Below are positions 51,501 to 64,000 of a DNA stretch of 64,000 nucleotides, piece by piece (position 1 is the stretch's first letter; the number at the start of each line of letters is the position of its first letter). The notes beneath the pieces are model-generated. The model saw only the letters and a list, made by a program, of their open reading frames with translations, was not told where the DNA came from and did not search any database. The position numbers and the translations under genes are program-made. Source of the DNA: Azolla caroliniana (Eukaryota > Plantae > Polypodiophyta); contig JBHGNT010000001.1 of NCBI GenBank assembly GCA_043228905.1, positions 22,506,001-22,570,000 of the forward strand. The letters are read 5' to 3'.

Positions 51501-54235
51501 TAAAAGCCAATTCATATTCCATCTTTTCCAGGACAAACATCCTTACCTAAGGATTTAGCTGCAACAAATACCTCTTGAGATGTAAATGGTTATAATAACT
51601 GAGAGGCCATTACATCTATAACCTTTTGTTCAATAGTTGCAAGAACAACTTGTTGCTTATAAAAATTATATGTCGTAAAAGATTCAGCAGACAATAAGTT
51701 CTGATAATAATTCGAGACTATACTTCGCATCTCAGAGCCATCTGATGTATAGGATCCATCAAGCTGCTTCAAAGAAGTAATAGAAAGAGGTCTAGCTTTT
51801 CGTTTAAATTGATTAAAGAATTCCTTATTGACCTGATCTTGCCTTTGCGACCAACGAGCAACATTACGATGGTAAAAGAAACTTGAGCGTGCTTTCTGTT
51901 TTTCCTTTAGATTGCTTTTAACAATCGGCAACGGTTCGGTTCGGTTCGAGAGGGTCCAAACCAAACCGTTAATTTTTTTTAAAACCTAAACCAAATCGAA
52001 CCGAACCGAATCGTGAAACTGTTAAACCGAACGATAAACATTTTCCAAGCCGTTAAACCATTAAACCATAAAAACCGCGGTTTCGTGGTTCGGTTTCGGT
52101 TTTCAACATAGGTCAAATTTTTTATTTTTTAAAATTTATAATATTTCATTTTTTAAAATTTTTAAAATTTTTAAGATGTTCCTAAAATGTGAGAATAAGG
52201 TCTAAAAATGAAAAGATTCTTTAAAAACAATTTTTAAAAAAAATTTAAAAATTTAAAAATTAAAACTGTTAAACCGTTTAAACTGCGGTTTTTGACTGTT
52301 GAAACCGAACCAAACCGTTAAAAAAAACCCAAAACTAAACCAAACCGAACCGTTGAAACCGATAAGCCGTTAAACCGCGGTTTTGTGGTTCGGTTCGGTT
52401 CAAACCGAACCGTTGCCAATTGTTAACTGCTTTTTACTTGCTGCAAATCACAACATAATATAAATGAAGTTGGATACCTTTCCAAAAGTTATTGTAATGC
52501 TGCCAAAGCACGATGCAAGTTAGCAATCTCTGAATTGTAGTGATAAACAGATGCTGAAACTATTTTTGTGAATAGAACTTTGTATCGAGTATGGCATGCG
52601 TCATATTGCTAAGCAAACAGTCATCTGAGAAATTGTATTTTGACCATATTTGTATGATTGACATCCGATGCTTATCCTCAGATAACATTGCAGGAGGGAT
52701 ACGCAATTGTCTCGAGTATCGCCTCTTAGTAAATGTAACCTGTAACTTCAGAGGGTCGTGGTTAGAGATAGCTGATCTTGGAATAATTCCTATGGATCCA
52801 CTTGCTTCCCAAACAATGCCACTAGCATAAAATCTATCTAGTTGAGACAAATTTGTAGCAACCAAGCTTCCATCTGATCTAGAAAACTGAAGGGATCCTT
52901 GTATACGTGAAAATGAATGCACCTTCCATAAATCCAGCAACCCATAAGCAAAACAAAAGTAATCCCAACACTTAGCTTCCCATCCTGAAATTGTAGTAGT
53001 TATACCTCCCAACATGTCAGCAGCATCCTCAATCATATTAAAGTCGCCTCCTACCAACCAACAATCCACTAAACTTACATAATCAAAAAGAGATAGCCAT
53101 AACTTTGCCCTTTCAGCAGCAGAATTAGGGGCATAAAGATTCATAAGGCCAACCTTTTGGGATCTTATTTTTACAATTAGGAATTGTGCCCTTTTATTCA
53201 TAATAGTAGTAGCTGACACAATGATAGACTACAAATGTTGTTTAATTGCAATGCATAGTCCAGCTTGACGGCCAGTGGGGCCAAAAGCGAGAATCCAGAA
53301 GTGAGTTCATCGTCCTGGTAAAATAGATCCATACCTCTGAATTCTATCCATACATAAATGATGCTCTTGTAAAAAAAGAATATCAATATTTCCTACATTA
53401 GCAGTACCTAAATTTGCGCGTAAGAGTCCTTTAAATCTACGAAAAGCCTGACCACCCAAGCCTTGCACATTCTAGGAAAGAAGATGTAAGGTGTCCATCT
53501 TACACATATTTTATTGGTGTCCTTTTCTCAAGGAGAGCATCCTGGCGGCCTTTCTGGGCACCCTCCAGAGCTCTTGCTTGTCGTTTTAAAAGCAGATAGT
53601 TCCCTACGTGCTTATGTACCCTATGATCCTTAACTTGCTTTGAGGGGTTTGAAGTGTCAGGGTATCCTGTGAAACTATAAATTGATATCCAACACAAGGG
53701 AGTTTATCTACTCCTTGAGCCATTTCAACCCCCATCATGTTTGATTGACTAGAAATAGATTTTCCTACAAGCTTATCAAAGGGAACCGAACTGCCAGAGA
53801 CACCGATATTGATTTGTTGGTTTGCTTCAATTCCCATAACACTTGGAGGCATTTCCACATCTGTAATATCTTGAGCAGAGACAACTTTTCCTTTTAATTT
53901 TTCAGATGAATCCAAATTAACATTTGGTGTCAACTGCTGGTTCTCAACAATTTTCAAGGGTGGTTGGCCTACTATTAACCTTGGGAAAGTCTCAGACAAC
54001 TTAGTAGAAAGTAACTTTGTCTTTTGGGAAAAATGGGTTGATGGTTGATCTGAAATATTCACTTCATGTGACCGATCCTCTTCTACTTGGAGAGTAGAAT
54101 ATCTATTTTGTAAGGGGGGAAATTCCTTTAAATTATTGATTGACACTTGATGACGCTTGTCATAAGATAATTGTGAGGATACTTTCCTATGGCCGACCTC
54201 AGTCCAACCCTTAGATCTAGCCTGAGATGGGACTA
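48575..54235 (-). mobile_element. Degenerate L1-clade LINE: ORF1 remnant, APE endonuclease, RT, zf-RVT, (TAA)n tail
   Basis: EN 'NLYAPNS' and 'GGDFN'; RT 'WRPVTLLNVAYKI', 'LDFEKAYDKV', 'RQGCPLAPFLF', 'FADD'; 'GGLG'; 'CHEPQETTKHVLWSC'; (TTA)n at 48575-48603. Confidence 0.92.
51922..52422. mobile_element. MITE (about 501 bp) inserted in L1 ORF2
   Basis: TIR CAATCGGCAACGGTTCGGTT / AACCGAACCGTTGCCAATTG; flanked by TTAA at 51918-51921 and 52423-52426; AAACCG-type repeats. Confidence 0.88.
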
Positions 54236-55303
54236 TAGTTGTATTGGGTACATGCTTGTCTGTCTCTTTTATTAGAAGGTATGCATCATTTTAGAGTTGA
54301 CATCTCTTAAATATGATATCATAACTATAAGTAAATTTATTTAAAGTGATTGAAACTAAGGCATTGATATATCTTTTGAGAATTAGGTGACACCCATGTT
54401 AATGACACTAAGCGATAAACTATATGGAGTTTAGGCAAGCTTTCATCTTCCAAACCAAGTTTTGTTGGAAACAACATGGTATGTGTTGTCTTGTTGGATC
54501 TTTTCCAAATAATGTATTTTGCGAATTTGGAGGTTGATACGAAACTTCTTGTGATTTGGAAAAATTGAGGGTTATGCTTGGTCCAAAGTTAGATAGGATG
54601 TAATTACCTTAACTTGAGCCTAAGAAGGACAAGATATTATTGATCCAGTAGACTAGACCCGAGCATCTTTGGAAAAGTTAATTATTATAGGATTCACTAC
54701 TGGTCAGGAGATATGGAAATTATTTTTGACTAATTGTTGTTATGAATGTTCTCCTAATTTAGGTGCACCTTGGCCAAGGGGCGGAAGCTGGAGTTTATGG
54801 AAAAGTTTCTTCTTTCTTTTTTTCTAAAAAAACCCTCCCATCAGTTATATACAAATGAGAATGTTATATACAAATCCTAGTAGGGATGCTATAGTTCCAT
54901 CTTATGTGGAGGCCCACTAACTCAAGAAAGGGAGAGCACAACCATTGCTAGATGAAGGCTAATCGTTGTCTTTCAACTCCATTGGATCCGCCCGTGAGAC
55001 CATCGTATTTGCTCTTTAGAGTGGTTACAACATCACTCCATGTCTCCTGCAATAATATTGCTTGATGCATGGTTTGGTTGGAGAAGACTCGTCTACAACA
55101 TTGTTTCTAGAGAATCCAAAGAGTTATGGGGCTGACCAATTCCAACACAACTTGATCCAACAAAACTTGAGCTTAAATTGGTATTAATAGGAGTTGAGTG
55201 GATATTGTCAATGGTGAGAAACAAGATCACTTGTTCTTTTATCACCAATGTCATCCCCTCTTCCTGATGTTTATACTTGTCAATTGGGGCATGCCATGAT
55301 GAT

Positions 55304-55629
55304 TGTTGAGAATCAAGCTCAACTTGGTCTAGTGTGTGAACTCACCTTGAGAGTGAATAGACACTCCAACGGTCAAGAGTCACCATTAAGTCACCTCTTT
55401 GTATTCTAGCATTTAGTATGAGTCATAGAATCATATTCTATGACACATAACTTATGAGCTTTCACATTCCCCATGCTCCATGAGTCTTATAGTTAATGAA
55501 GAGAGAGGGTGACTATATAAAACACCCTCCTCCCACCTTGTATGATGTCGTGTCTTTCTCCTTTGTTAATATACTTAACCTTGCATATACTCTGTGTGTG
55601 TGTGTGTCTCTCTCTCTATCTATCTATCT

Positions 55630-55663
<34 letters not shown>

Positions 55664-58600
55664 TCATACCTATTCCGCTTCACAAGAATCCATCTCTTGA
55701 TTCTTTACATGGTATCAGAGCGATTTGGTAGTTTGATCTAGCTCATTCGCCTCATCGTCATCGTGCGTTGTGCTCCACGCCGACGACCAAGAACCAGCTC
55801 ATCGCTAACGTAGCTTTGCTACATAGCTCGCATTCGAAGAGAGAAGAAGAAGAAGAAGAATCAACATAATGAATACTCAAATGGGGAGCACTCTCCCTAC
55901 CAAGAAGTTGGATCGAAACAACTTCGCATCTTGGGAGTACAAGATGCACCAATAACTTGTCGGACAAGGCTATTGGAGCAACATCAAAGGAGCGCATGAA
56001 GACCGACCCGTCGACACGGTTCCCAGATACGCGACATGGGAACAAGCCGCAAGCCGCGTGATGTATTGTTTGGCGACATGTGTTCACGACCACATGCTCG
56101 GTTACATTCGAGAAGCCAAGACGCCGAAGGAAGCGTGGGAAAATCTACGAAAGATTTTCGCCGCCAACACGACCGCGAGGAAGCTTCAACTCCGCCAAGA
56201 GTTGAACAACATTCAACAAAGGGACATGTCCATCACGACATATACCTTGAAGATCAAGGAGCTCTGCGATTCGCTCGGCTCAATAAGCGTAAGTATAGAT
56301 GATGATGAGATGGTGCAAATATGCCTCGGCGGCCTCGCACCACGGTTCGGCGCGATGCGAACCGCCGTTCTAGCACGGGAGAAATCTCCCTCCTTCTTCG
56401 AGCTCCAATCAATGCTATTGGTCAAAGAAAACCACGTGCGTACAAGGAGCAATGAGTCGGAAGGCCACATGCTCTACACGCACTCTAACGGAGGAAGAGG
56501 ACTCGGACGAGCGAGAGGCCGATTCGGCCAAGGACAAGTCGGACGGGGTCCGACCTATGACAACAACTCCCAATTTCGGCCGCAAAACGGAGGCCAATGA
56601 GGAACCTTCGCAAGAAGGGGGAGCTTCCACTCCGGCCCGAGCCGTCAAAACGCAACCGAATGCGGATATTGCGGAAAACTCGGCCACCACGAAGAAGAGT
56701 GCCAAAAGAAGATGCGTGAATCGGCTTCCACAAGCCGATAACTCACGAATTACACACACAATTCTGACTACGAAGAGTATAGTGGAATGTATGGGAACAA
56801 CTCCGACTACGAAGATCGTGGCGGAATGTATGCACACAACTCCGACCGTGGCGGAATGTTCATGATGAAACATAGAGCAAACTCTATGTTGGCCTCTACC
56901 TCAACTAGTGCCTCCGGTCCGGAAGACGTATGGTTTGTCGATTCCGGTGCCTCGAACCATATGACATCGCATCAAGAATGGTTCCGAGAACTTCGAGAGC
57001 TGGACCGACCCGGCTATGTCAAAACCGGAGACGACACTACGCACCCGATTTGGCACATCGGCAATGTTCCGTTCGGAAAAGAAGGTAAGCAAAATTACAT
57101 TAAAAATGTCTTGCATGTACCGGCCATTACGAAGAATTTGGTCTCCGTCGGCCAAATTGTAGAGCAAGGGATGCAAGTTCGATTTAATCAAGGTGGTTGC
57201 TTCATTGAAAAAGAGGGCCGACTCATCGCACGCGGACGAAGAGAGGGCCAAATGTTCATTCTGAACTCACACGAGATGAAATCCTCCATGTTCACAAAGG
57301 GCATGAAAACCGACTCTGACATAGAGTTATGGCACAAGCGGATTGGCCATATAAATCTCCAAAAACTCAAAGCAATGAAATCGAAAGGAGTTGTCATCGG
57401 ACTCCCAACATTCAAAGAGAAGGAGATTGAAGGTGTATGCGAACCGTGCCAATTCGGCAAGCAACACCGACACCCATTCCCGAAAGAGCGGAACGTGAGC
57501 AAAGGTCTACTCGACATAGTCCATTCCGACGTAGGGGGACCGGCGCAGACGGCTACATTCGGCGGATGCCCGATATTACGTGCTCTTTATCGACGACTTC
57601 TCCAGGCACACTTGGATCTACCTGATGCGGCAAAAGAGAGAAGTGTTCGGACACTTCCAAACTTTCAAGAATGAAGTTGAGAAAGCCACGGGCCGACATG
57701 TACGTTGTCTTCGATCGGATGGCGGCAAGGAGTACTTCTCGGACGACTTCACGGCGTATCTCTGAAAGGAAGGAATTCGGTGAGAATTCACTTGCCGACA
57801 CACTCCGCCACAAAACGGGGTAGCCGAGCGCAAAAATCGGCACATCCTTGAAGTAACGCGGGCCATGATGAACGAGAAGCATATGCCCAAGTCATATTGG
57901 GCCGAAGCTGCAAATACGGCCGTCTACCTAATGAACCGGTGCACAACATTCGGCATGCACGAGGTCACTCCGCACGAAAAATACTTCGGAAAGAAGCCGG
58001 ACTTATCGCACACCCGGATATTCGGCGCGATAGCGTACGTGCACATCCCCGACGAGAAGCGTCAAAAGCTTGACCCAAAGTCGAAGAAATGTATCCTCGT
58101 ACGATAGTCACTAGAGCAAAAGGGGTACAAGTGCTACAACCCCTCAACTCGAAAACCTCGAGTAAGTCGAGACGTCGTTTTTTACGAGTCCGCATCCTGG
58201 TACGCACCAGAGACAACTTCGACTCCGACTCCGCTCGACCCGGAATCGGCTGAACAAGAGATAGAGGATGAAGATAATTTTATGTGCATGTTCGAAGAAT
58301 GTTCGATCAAGACCCGACTGAGCGGACCACAAGAGCCTCCGAGCGATCAAAGCACATCACGGCCTAGCCCGAAGATGGACAAAGGCAAGGCGAAAATGGC
58401 GGAATACGAAGATGATCGCTTCGGTGAGGATGAATCGACTCACTCACTTGACAGTGCGTTCGGCGGTTTCGACGTACCAATCAGAGCTAAGAAAGCCCTC
58501 ACCTCTGCAAATGAAAAGCTCCGCCACTCCACCCGTGAAAAGAATCCGGTTAGCCGATTCAGCTACAATGACTACATGGCATATCACTATGCCTTTATGA

Positions 58601-60528
58601 TGAAGGTGGCGACAATACGCGAGCCGGAAACATTCTCCGAAGCAGCCAAGGATCCGCGATGGATCGAAGCCATGAACGAGGAGATGCAGGCACTACGCAA
58701 GAATGAGACGTGGGATCTCGTTCCCATCTCACCACACAAAAAGGCGATCGGATGCAGATGGATTTACAAAGTGAAGTACAATGCCGATGGTTCCGTCAAC
58801 CGCTACAAAGCGCGACTCGTAGCGAAAGGATACGCTCAGACGCATGGCGTCGACTACGAAGAAACCTTTGCCCCGGTGGCAAAGATGATGACGGTACGGA
58901 CCGTAATTGCGCTTGCCGCGGCGAAAGGGTGGCACCTCCATCAAATGGACGTCAAGAACGCCTTTCTACAAGGCGAATTAGAAGAGGAGGTGTACATGAT
59001 ACAACCACCCGGCTTCAACTCGTGCACCCATCCGAAAGCCGTATGCCAACTCAAGAAGCCACTCTACGGCCTCAAGTAAGCACCGCGTGCTTGGCATTTG
59101 AAGATAACGCAATATCTTCATCAAATCGGCTTCCGTATGTCAAAATCGGACAATTCCCTCTACATACGAAGCGATTCCGCAAGTCTGATTGTCATCATCT
59201 TATATGTGGATGACCTAGTCATTGGAGGTGAGCATCTCGTCGAAATCAATAAGGTCAAATCCCTCCTTTCCGACAAATTCGAGATGACGGACATGAAGGA
59301 GCTCCACTACTTCCTCAACATCGAGGTAATTCAGACTCTGGCTGGAATCATGATCTCTCAATGACACTACATCCTCAACTTGTTATACAAGTTCGGGATG
59401 GCTGAGTGCAAATCCGCGGCAACCCCGCTCGATCGCAACCTCAAACTAGATGTGAACTCCGGCACCAAAGCGTGTGAGCCGACTCATTATTGGCAACATA
59501 TCGGGAGTCTCATCTACCTCACGATCACACGACCCTATCTCAGTTATCCGGTCAGTGTCCTTAGCCAATTCATGCAAACACCGCGGGATACTCACTTGGA
59601 TTGTGCTAAGCGAGTTCTACGATACGTGAGCGGTACAATGGATTACGACATACTTTACAAGACCGCGATGCCAATACGACTCGAGGGGTACACTCATGCC
59701 GATTGGGCCGGCTACAAAGCCGATAGAAGATCAACCTCCGGATTTGTTTTCTCCCTCGACAGCGGAGCAATATCCTGGAGTAGCAAGAAGCAACCTACTG
59801 TCGCTCTTTCGAGTACGGAGGCGGAATACAGGGGCACAACTGTAGCTGCGTGTGAAGCCGTATGGCTCAAGAGGATTTTGAAGGATTTGGGCGTACCCAT
59901 CGAGGATCCGACTTCCCTTTATTGCGACAACATGAGCAGTATCTATCTGGCTCTGAACCCGGTGTTCCACGCGCGGACAAAGCACATCGAAGTGCACTAT
60001 CACTTCATTTGAGAGCGCGTTCTAGCTGGCGATGTCGACCTACAACACATTAGCACCAATCTTCAAACGGCCAACATCTTCACTAAAGCCTTAGGAGCCG
60101 ACAAGCTCTGGCAATTCATGACCAATCTCGGATTGACGATCCCTGACCTACCAAGCTTGAGGGGGAGTACTGAAGACACTCCGCAATGACACGTGGATTA
60201 CGCAATGACGCAATGAAGATGCGAAGAGCTGATCCACCGCGCAAAGCCGCGAAGAAAGACGCAAGCTGAAGCACAGACTTCGTAACTACGCACAACGCAA
60301 GCTGGAGCACGGATTCCACAAGTCCGCATAAAGCGAGTCGACACGAGTCGACGTGGACTCCGGAACGCGAGTCGAAGCGGATTTCGGATACCGTCTGAAA
60401 CCGACCCGACTTGAGCTTGAGGGGGCGTGTTGAGAATCAAGCTCAACTTGTTCTAGTGTGTGAACTCACCTTGAGAGTGAATAGACACTCCAATGGTCAA
60501 GAGTCACCATTAAGTCACCTCTTTGTAT
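55304..60528 (+). mobile_element. Near full-length Ty1/copia element G; 3' LTR truncated
   Basis: 5' LTR 55304-55709 (TG..CA); PBS TGGTATCAGAGC 55710-55721; gag from 55869 with CGYCGKLGHHEEEC; PR 'WFVDSGASNHMT'; INT 'LRSDGGKEY'; RT 'YVDD'; RH 'HARTKHIEVHYHF'; PPT 60411-60427; 3' LTR 60428-60528 has 2 mismatches in about 101 bp. Confidence 0.95.
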
Positions 60529-62141
60529 GTCCTAGTCTTGACCTTTACCTTTAGGTTGACTCTTCCCTTCTTGGCTCTACCACCTACCTTGCCTTTCTCG
60601 GCTCTGCCTCCCCGTTGTTCGGATGGCTCCAGCTTTGACCCGTTCATTTGACTGCACCCCTTGCATCTGGCTAGTCTCCACACGTCTGACATGTCCTCGG
60701 GTTCTCTAGCTGATCTGGAGGTTCCGACTTCTTCAGTTGTTTCGAAATCGAATTCTTCACCCGATTCAGCTCCTTGGACATCTCTCCCCCCCTCTCCTTT
60801 GCTTTGACCTATGCTTCTTATGCTTATGCTTCTCCCCCTCAAGTTTGGCATGTTGAGGTGCTGTATGCCAAGCATGCTCGAAAATTGCCGCAACTTGTCC
60901 AGACCGAGAGGTTTGGTGAAAATATTGGCAGCCTGCCGATCAGTAGGAACATATATGAGTTCCATTTCACTGGAGAGAACACACTCACAGACAAAATGAT
61001 AGTGCACCACAATGTGCTTGGTCTAGGCATGGAAAACAAGGTTTTTCGCAAGTTGGATGCTGTTGAGGTTGTCGTAGTATATGAGTGTTGGTTTAGACAC
61101 CTCTACGTGCAGATCCATCAAGAGCCACTTGAGCCATATGGCTTTGCATTTCGCGACAACCACTCCTCTATACTCGGACTTAGTGCTCAACAATGCCACT
61201 ATCGCCTACTTCTTGCTGCTCTAGGCGATCATGACACTTCCCAATGAAAACTCGAATCTAAACGTTCAGGTATATAAGGCTTCCGATAATCTATCAGAAC
61301 CGTGTCAAATCGCACAGTATTCCAAAACCTTGGCAAAGCTTCATGTTTTGGTCCAGAGGAGCCGAAACGGATTTGCAATCCGTCATGCCGAATTCGAAGA
61401 GCATACTCAACACATAATGCCGTTGGCTGATCAGTATGCCTTCTGGGGTACAGATCACTTCGATCTCGAGAAAGTAAGGAAGGTCCCCTAGATCCTTCAT
61501 CTCAAATGCTGCAGAAAGCTTGGATTTGACGTGGTCGATTTCCTCTAGGTCGGCGATGGCGATGACTAAATCATCTACATAGACCAAGATGCTTATTGGG
61601 CCATGCTGATCCTATTGGATGAATAGTGACGAATCCGACTTCGATGGAGAAAACCCCATTTGACACAGTCATTGCGGGATCTTTGTGTTCCAAGCACGTG
61701 GGGCTTGCTTTAGTTCGTATGAGGACTTCTTCAATCGGCAAACTACCGATGTGTTCAATCCAGACTGAAATCCTGGAGGCTGCACCATATACACCTGTTC
61801 TTGAAGCTCTCATTGTAGGAACACATTCTTCACATCCATATGGTGTAGATGCCATCCCTTTGCCGCTGCTACCGCCAGCAGGACACATATGGTCGTCATC
61901 TTCGTGACCGACACAAATGTCTCATTGTAATCGATGTCGTGTTGCTACCCGTAGCCTTTAGCCACCAATCGGGCCTTGTACTGGTTGACGGATCCATCGA
62001 CGTTGTACTTGACCTTGTAACCCACTTGCATCCGATCGGCTTCACACCCTTGGGGGCGTCAACCAGGTCCCATGTCTCATTTTTTGCCAATGTGCACATC
62101 TCTTCCTCCATTGCGGCACGCCAATTTGTGTCCTTCGGCAA
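60529..62141 (-). mobile_element. Copia RT-RNase H fragment
   Basis: 'WRAAMEEEM', 'VYVDDLVI', 'FEMKDLG', 'ANIFTKPLGLDKLRQF'. Confidence 0.87.
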
Positions 62142-64000
62142 GGTTATGGACTAGGAGGAGGAGAATTTTAAGGCTAATAAGAATACAAATAGATTGTAAG
62201 AAAGAGATGTAGAGAACCTCGTGAATTCCACAAGTGTATTATATTAGATTAATATTTAGAAATCGTAATTAAACTCAAGAATCAACACCAACAATACAAC
62301 TTTCTCCTCTCCTCATATAGTGATGGAAGAGGCTAAGTATATAACTTACCATATGGCAAGCATCATGCTATTTTGAAAGTGTTCATGCACACTAAATGTG
62401 CATGAATCACTTTTTCTATCATGGTTTTCCATCTAATTATAGTGCTCATGCACACTAGATGTGCATGAGTAGCTATTTTTATAAAACGTTTTCTTTAACT
62501 AAAGTTTTATGCACACTACACGTATATAAGTAGCGTTTTCTAGAATTTATATGTGAGGATAAAGTTTTCTAAATATTAAATCCATAATTATATTATTCAT
62601 GATGAGTTGGTATAATGGTAAAGTTTGGGTTTGTTTACATGCGGGTACAGGGTTTGAAACTTGCCATGTGCATGTGATGTATATTTTAGTAATTTTTTCT
62701 ATTTCTTTATTTTTATTTAATTGGGTACTCTGTACATATTTCATGTAATGTACGAAGTACACTACGACACTCACCCCCTCCGAACTTGCACACCCTCGTA
62801 TACTTTTCCATTTAATACTTTTCGAACTTCGTATGGTCCGAACCACCTTTGAGTGAATTTCCGTATCGTTCTGTGTTGATGATCCAAACTGCTATTGTAG
62901 CCGATCACCCAATCTCCTTCTTCAATCTTCCGGGGTCGTCGATGGTATTTTTTTTCGAATCATCGTTTGCTATGGAATTGTGCTTCTTGTTGTCGGCATA
63001 CCGCTTCCGCTATGTCATTTGGTCTTCCTTCAAGTTGTCATATCCGGAACTCTAGTAGTTCTTCCCGACTCATCTCTTCCTTCCATGGTAGCACCGCCCA
63101 TGTCGAAATTGTGGTTTTCATAGGCATTATCGGAGCTTGTCCAGTCATAAGTTTTGCTGGCATATAACCAGTCACGGAACTATGTGTTGATCGATGCACC
63201 CATAGTGCATACGGAAGCATCTATGGCCAAATCTTCACCTTTCCATCACATGCTTTTGCAAGTGCTTTTACAATTGGACTATGTCATCTTTTGATCTACC
63301 CGTTTGCTTCTAGATTGTATGTCGTGGTTAGTGTCAACCATACTCTATGGTTCGCGAAGAATTCCCTAGATTTATCAGAGTCATGGTCTCCCCGATCCTC
63401 AATCACTTGTCCTACGCACCCATACCTACAAAACACTTCTTCTAAGAGAAATTGGCATACTACAGAACATGTTTTCCTCCGTCGCGCCCGACCTTCTACT
63501 TGGTTCGCCAAATCCTCCTAAGTTAGCACCAAGTACTTATTTTGTCCTGTCACGGTTGGCATGGCCGTGATGTTGACCCTCCATTTAAAGTTGATTGTCG
63601 GTGAGAATGTCGAATGTAATTAATCCCGGTATTGAACTGTAGAGTAGATTTGACATTTCTTGCAACTTTCCGTGAACTCCGCTACATCCTTGTACATATT
63701 CTTCCACCAATATTTTTGCTTGATCTTTGCAAATGTCACCCATGTTCCCCGATGACCACCCCAATCGGATTCATGAAATTCAGATATTATCTATTTTTGT
63801 TGTTCCTTTGTGCCAACTCCCTGTTGGTCTTTTCGGCTCCCTCCAGATTAATCCATTGTTCAAGAATAACTTCCGGACTTGCCATTTCTTCCTTCGGATC
63901 TCGGCTCTCTTTTCCTTATTTTCCAACGATTCCTCGATTTCTTGTAGCGCTTTCCCGATCAACAAGCTTTCTCCTTCGTATTCGTCTTCTCGGAACTCCT
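62142..64000 (-). mobile_element. Ty3/gypsy 3' end: integrase, PPT (62770-62782) and 3' LTR (about 62142-62769); runs off the window
   Basis: HHCC region 'GGHRGTWVTFAKIKQKYWWKNMYKDV', 'EEVFCRYG...DRG', 'TTTYNLEANG', 'LPYALWVHRSTHSSVTGYMP'; minus-strand GGAGGGGGTGAG|TGTCGTAG. Confidence 0.85.

Overview
Eukaryotic plant nuclear DNA. A non-seed land plant such as a fern is inferred from the Tcn1-like gypsy element, the RTE-X-like LINEs and the GAMYB architecture. The only intact host gene is a 3-coding-exon GAMYB-like R2R3-MYB transcription factor (38974-43926, +, about 780 aa) with a GC-AG second intron and a miR159/319-type site. Bases 1-30 kb are a nested retrotransposon cluster: several internally deleted Ty1/copia copies, two solo LTRs, a Tcn1/Tf1-like Ty3/gypsy element, and a 5-kb LTR-bounded insert carrying LINE 3' ends plus captured vWA (WAV3-like) and EF1-alpha gene fragments. 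30-37 kb is AT-rich and unassigned. Downstream of the MYB lie a non-autonomous hAT element, a degenerate L1 interrupted by a TTAA/TA-flanked MITE, a near full-length copia, an inverted copia fragment and the 3' end of a second gypsy. The most notable observations are antisense tRNA-spaced Pol III A/B-box modules in the U3 of three LTRs, a Tf1-style self-priming signature and a -1 frameshift cassette in the gypsy element, host-gene cargo in an LTR-bounded cassette, a covarying 3' hairpin in four LINE ends, and a synonymous mismatch at the slicing position of the MYB miRNA site. All analysis was by eye; no database searches were run.
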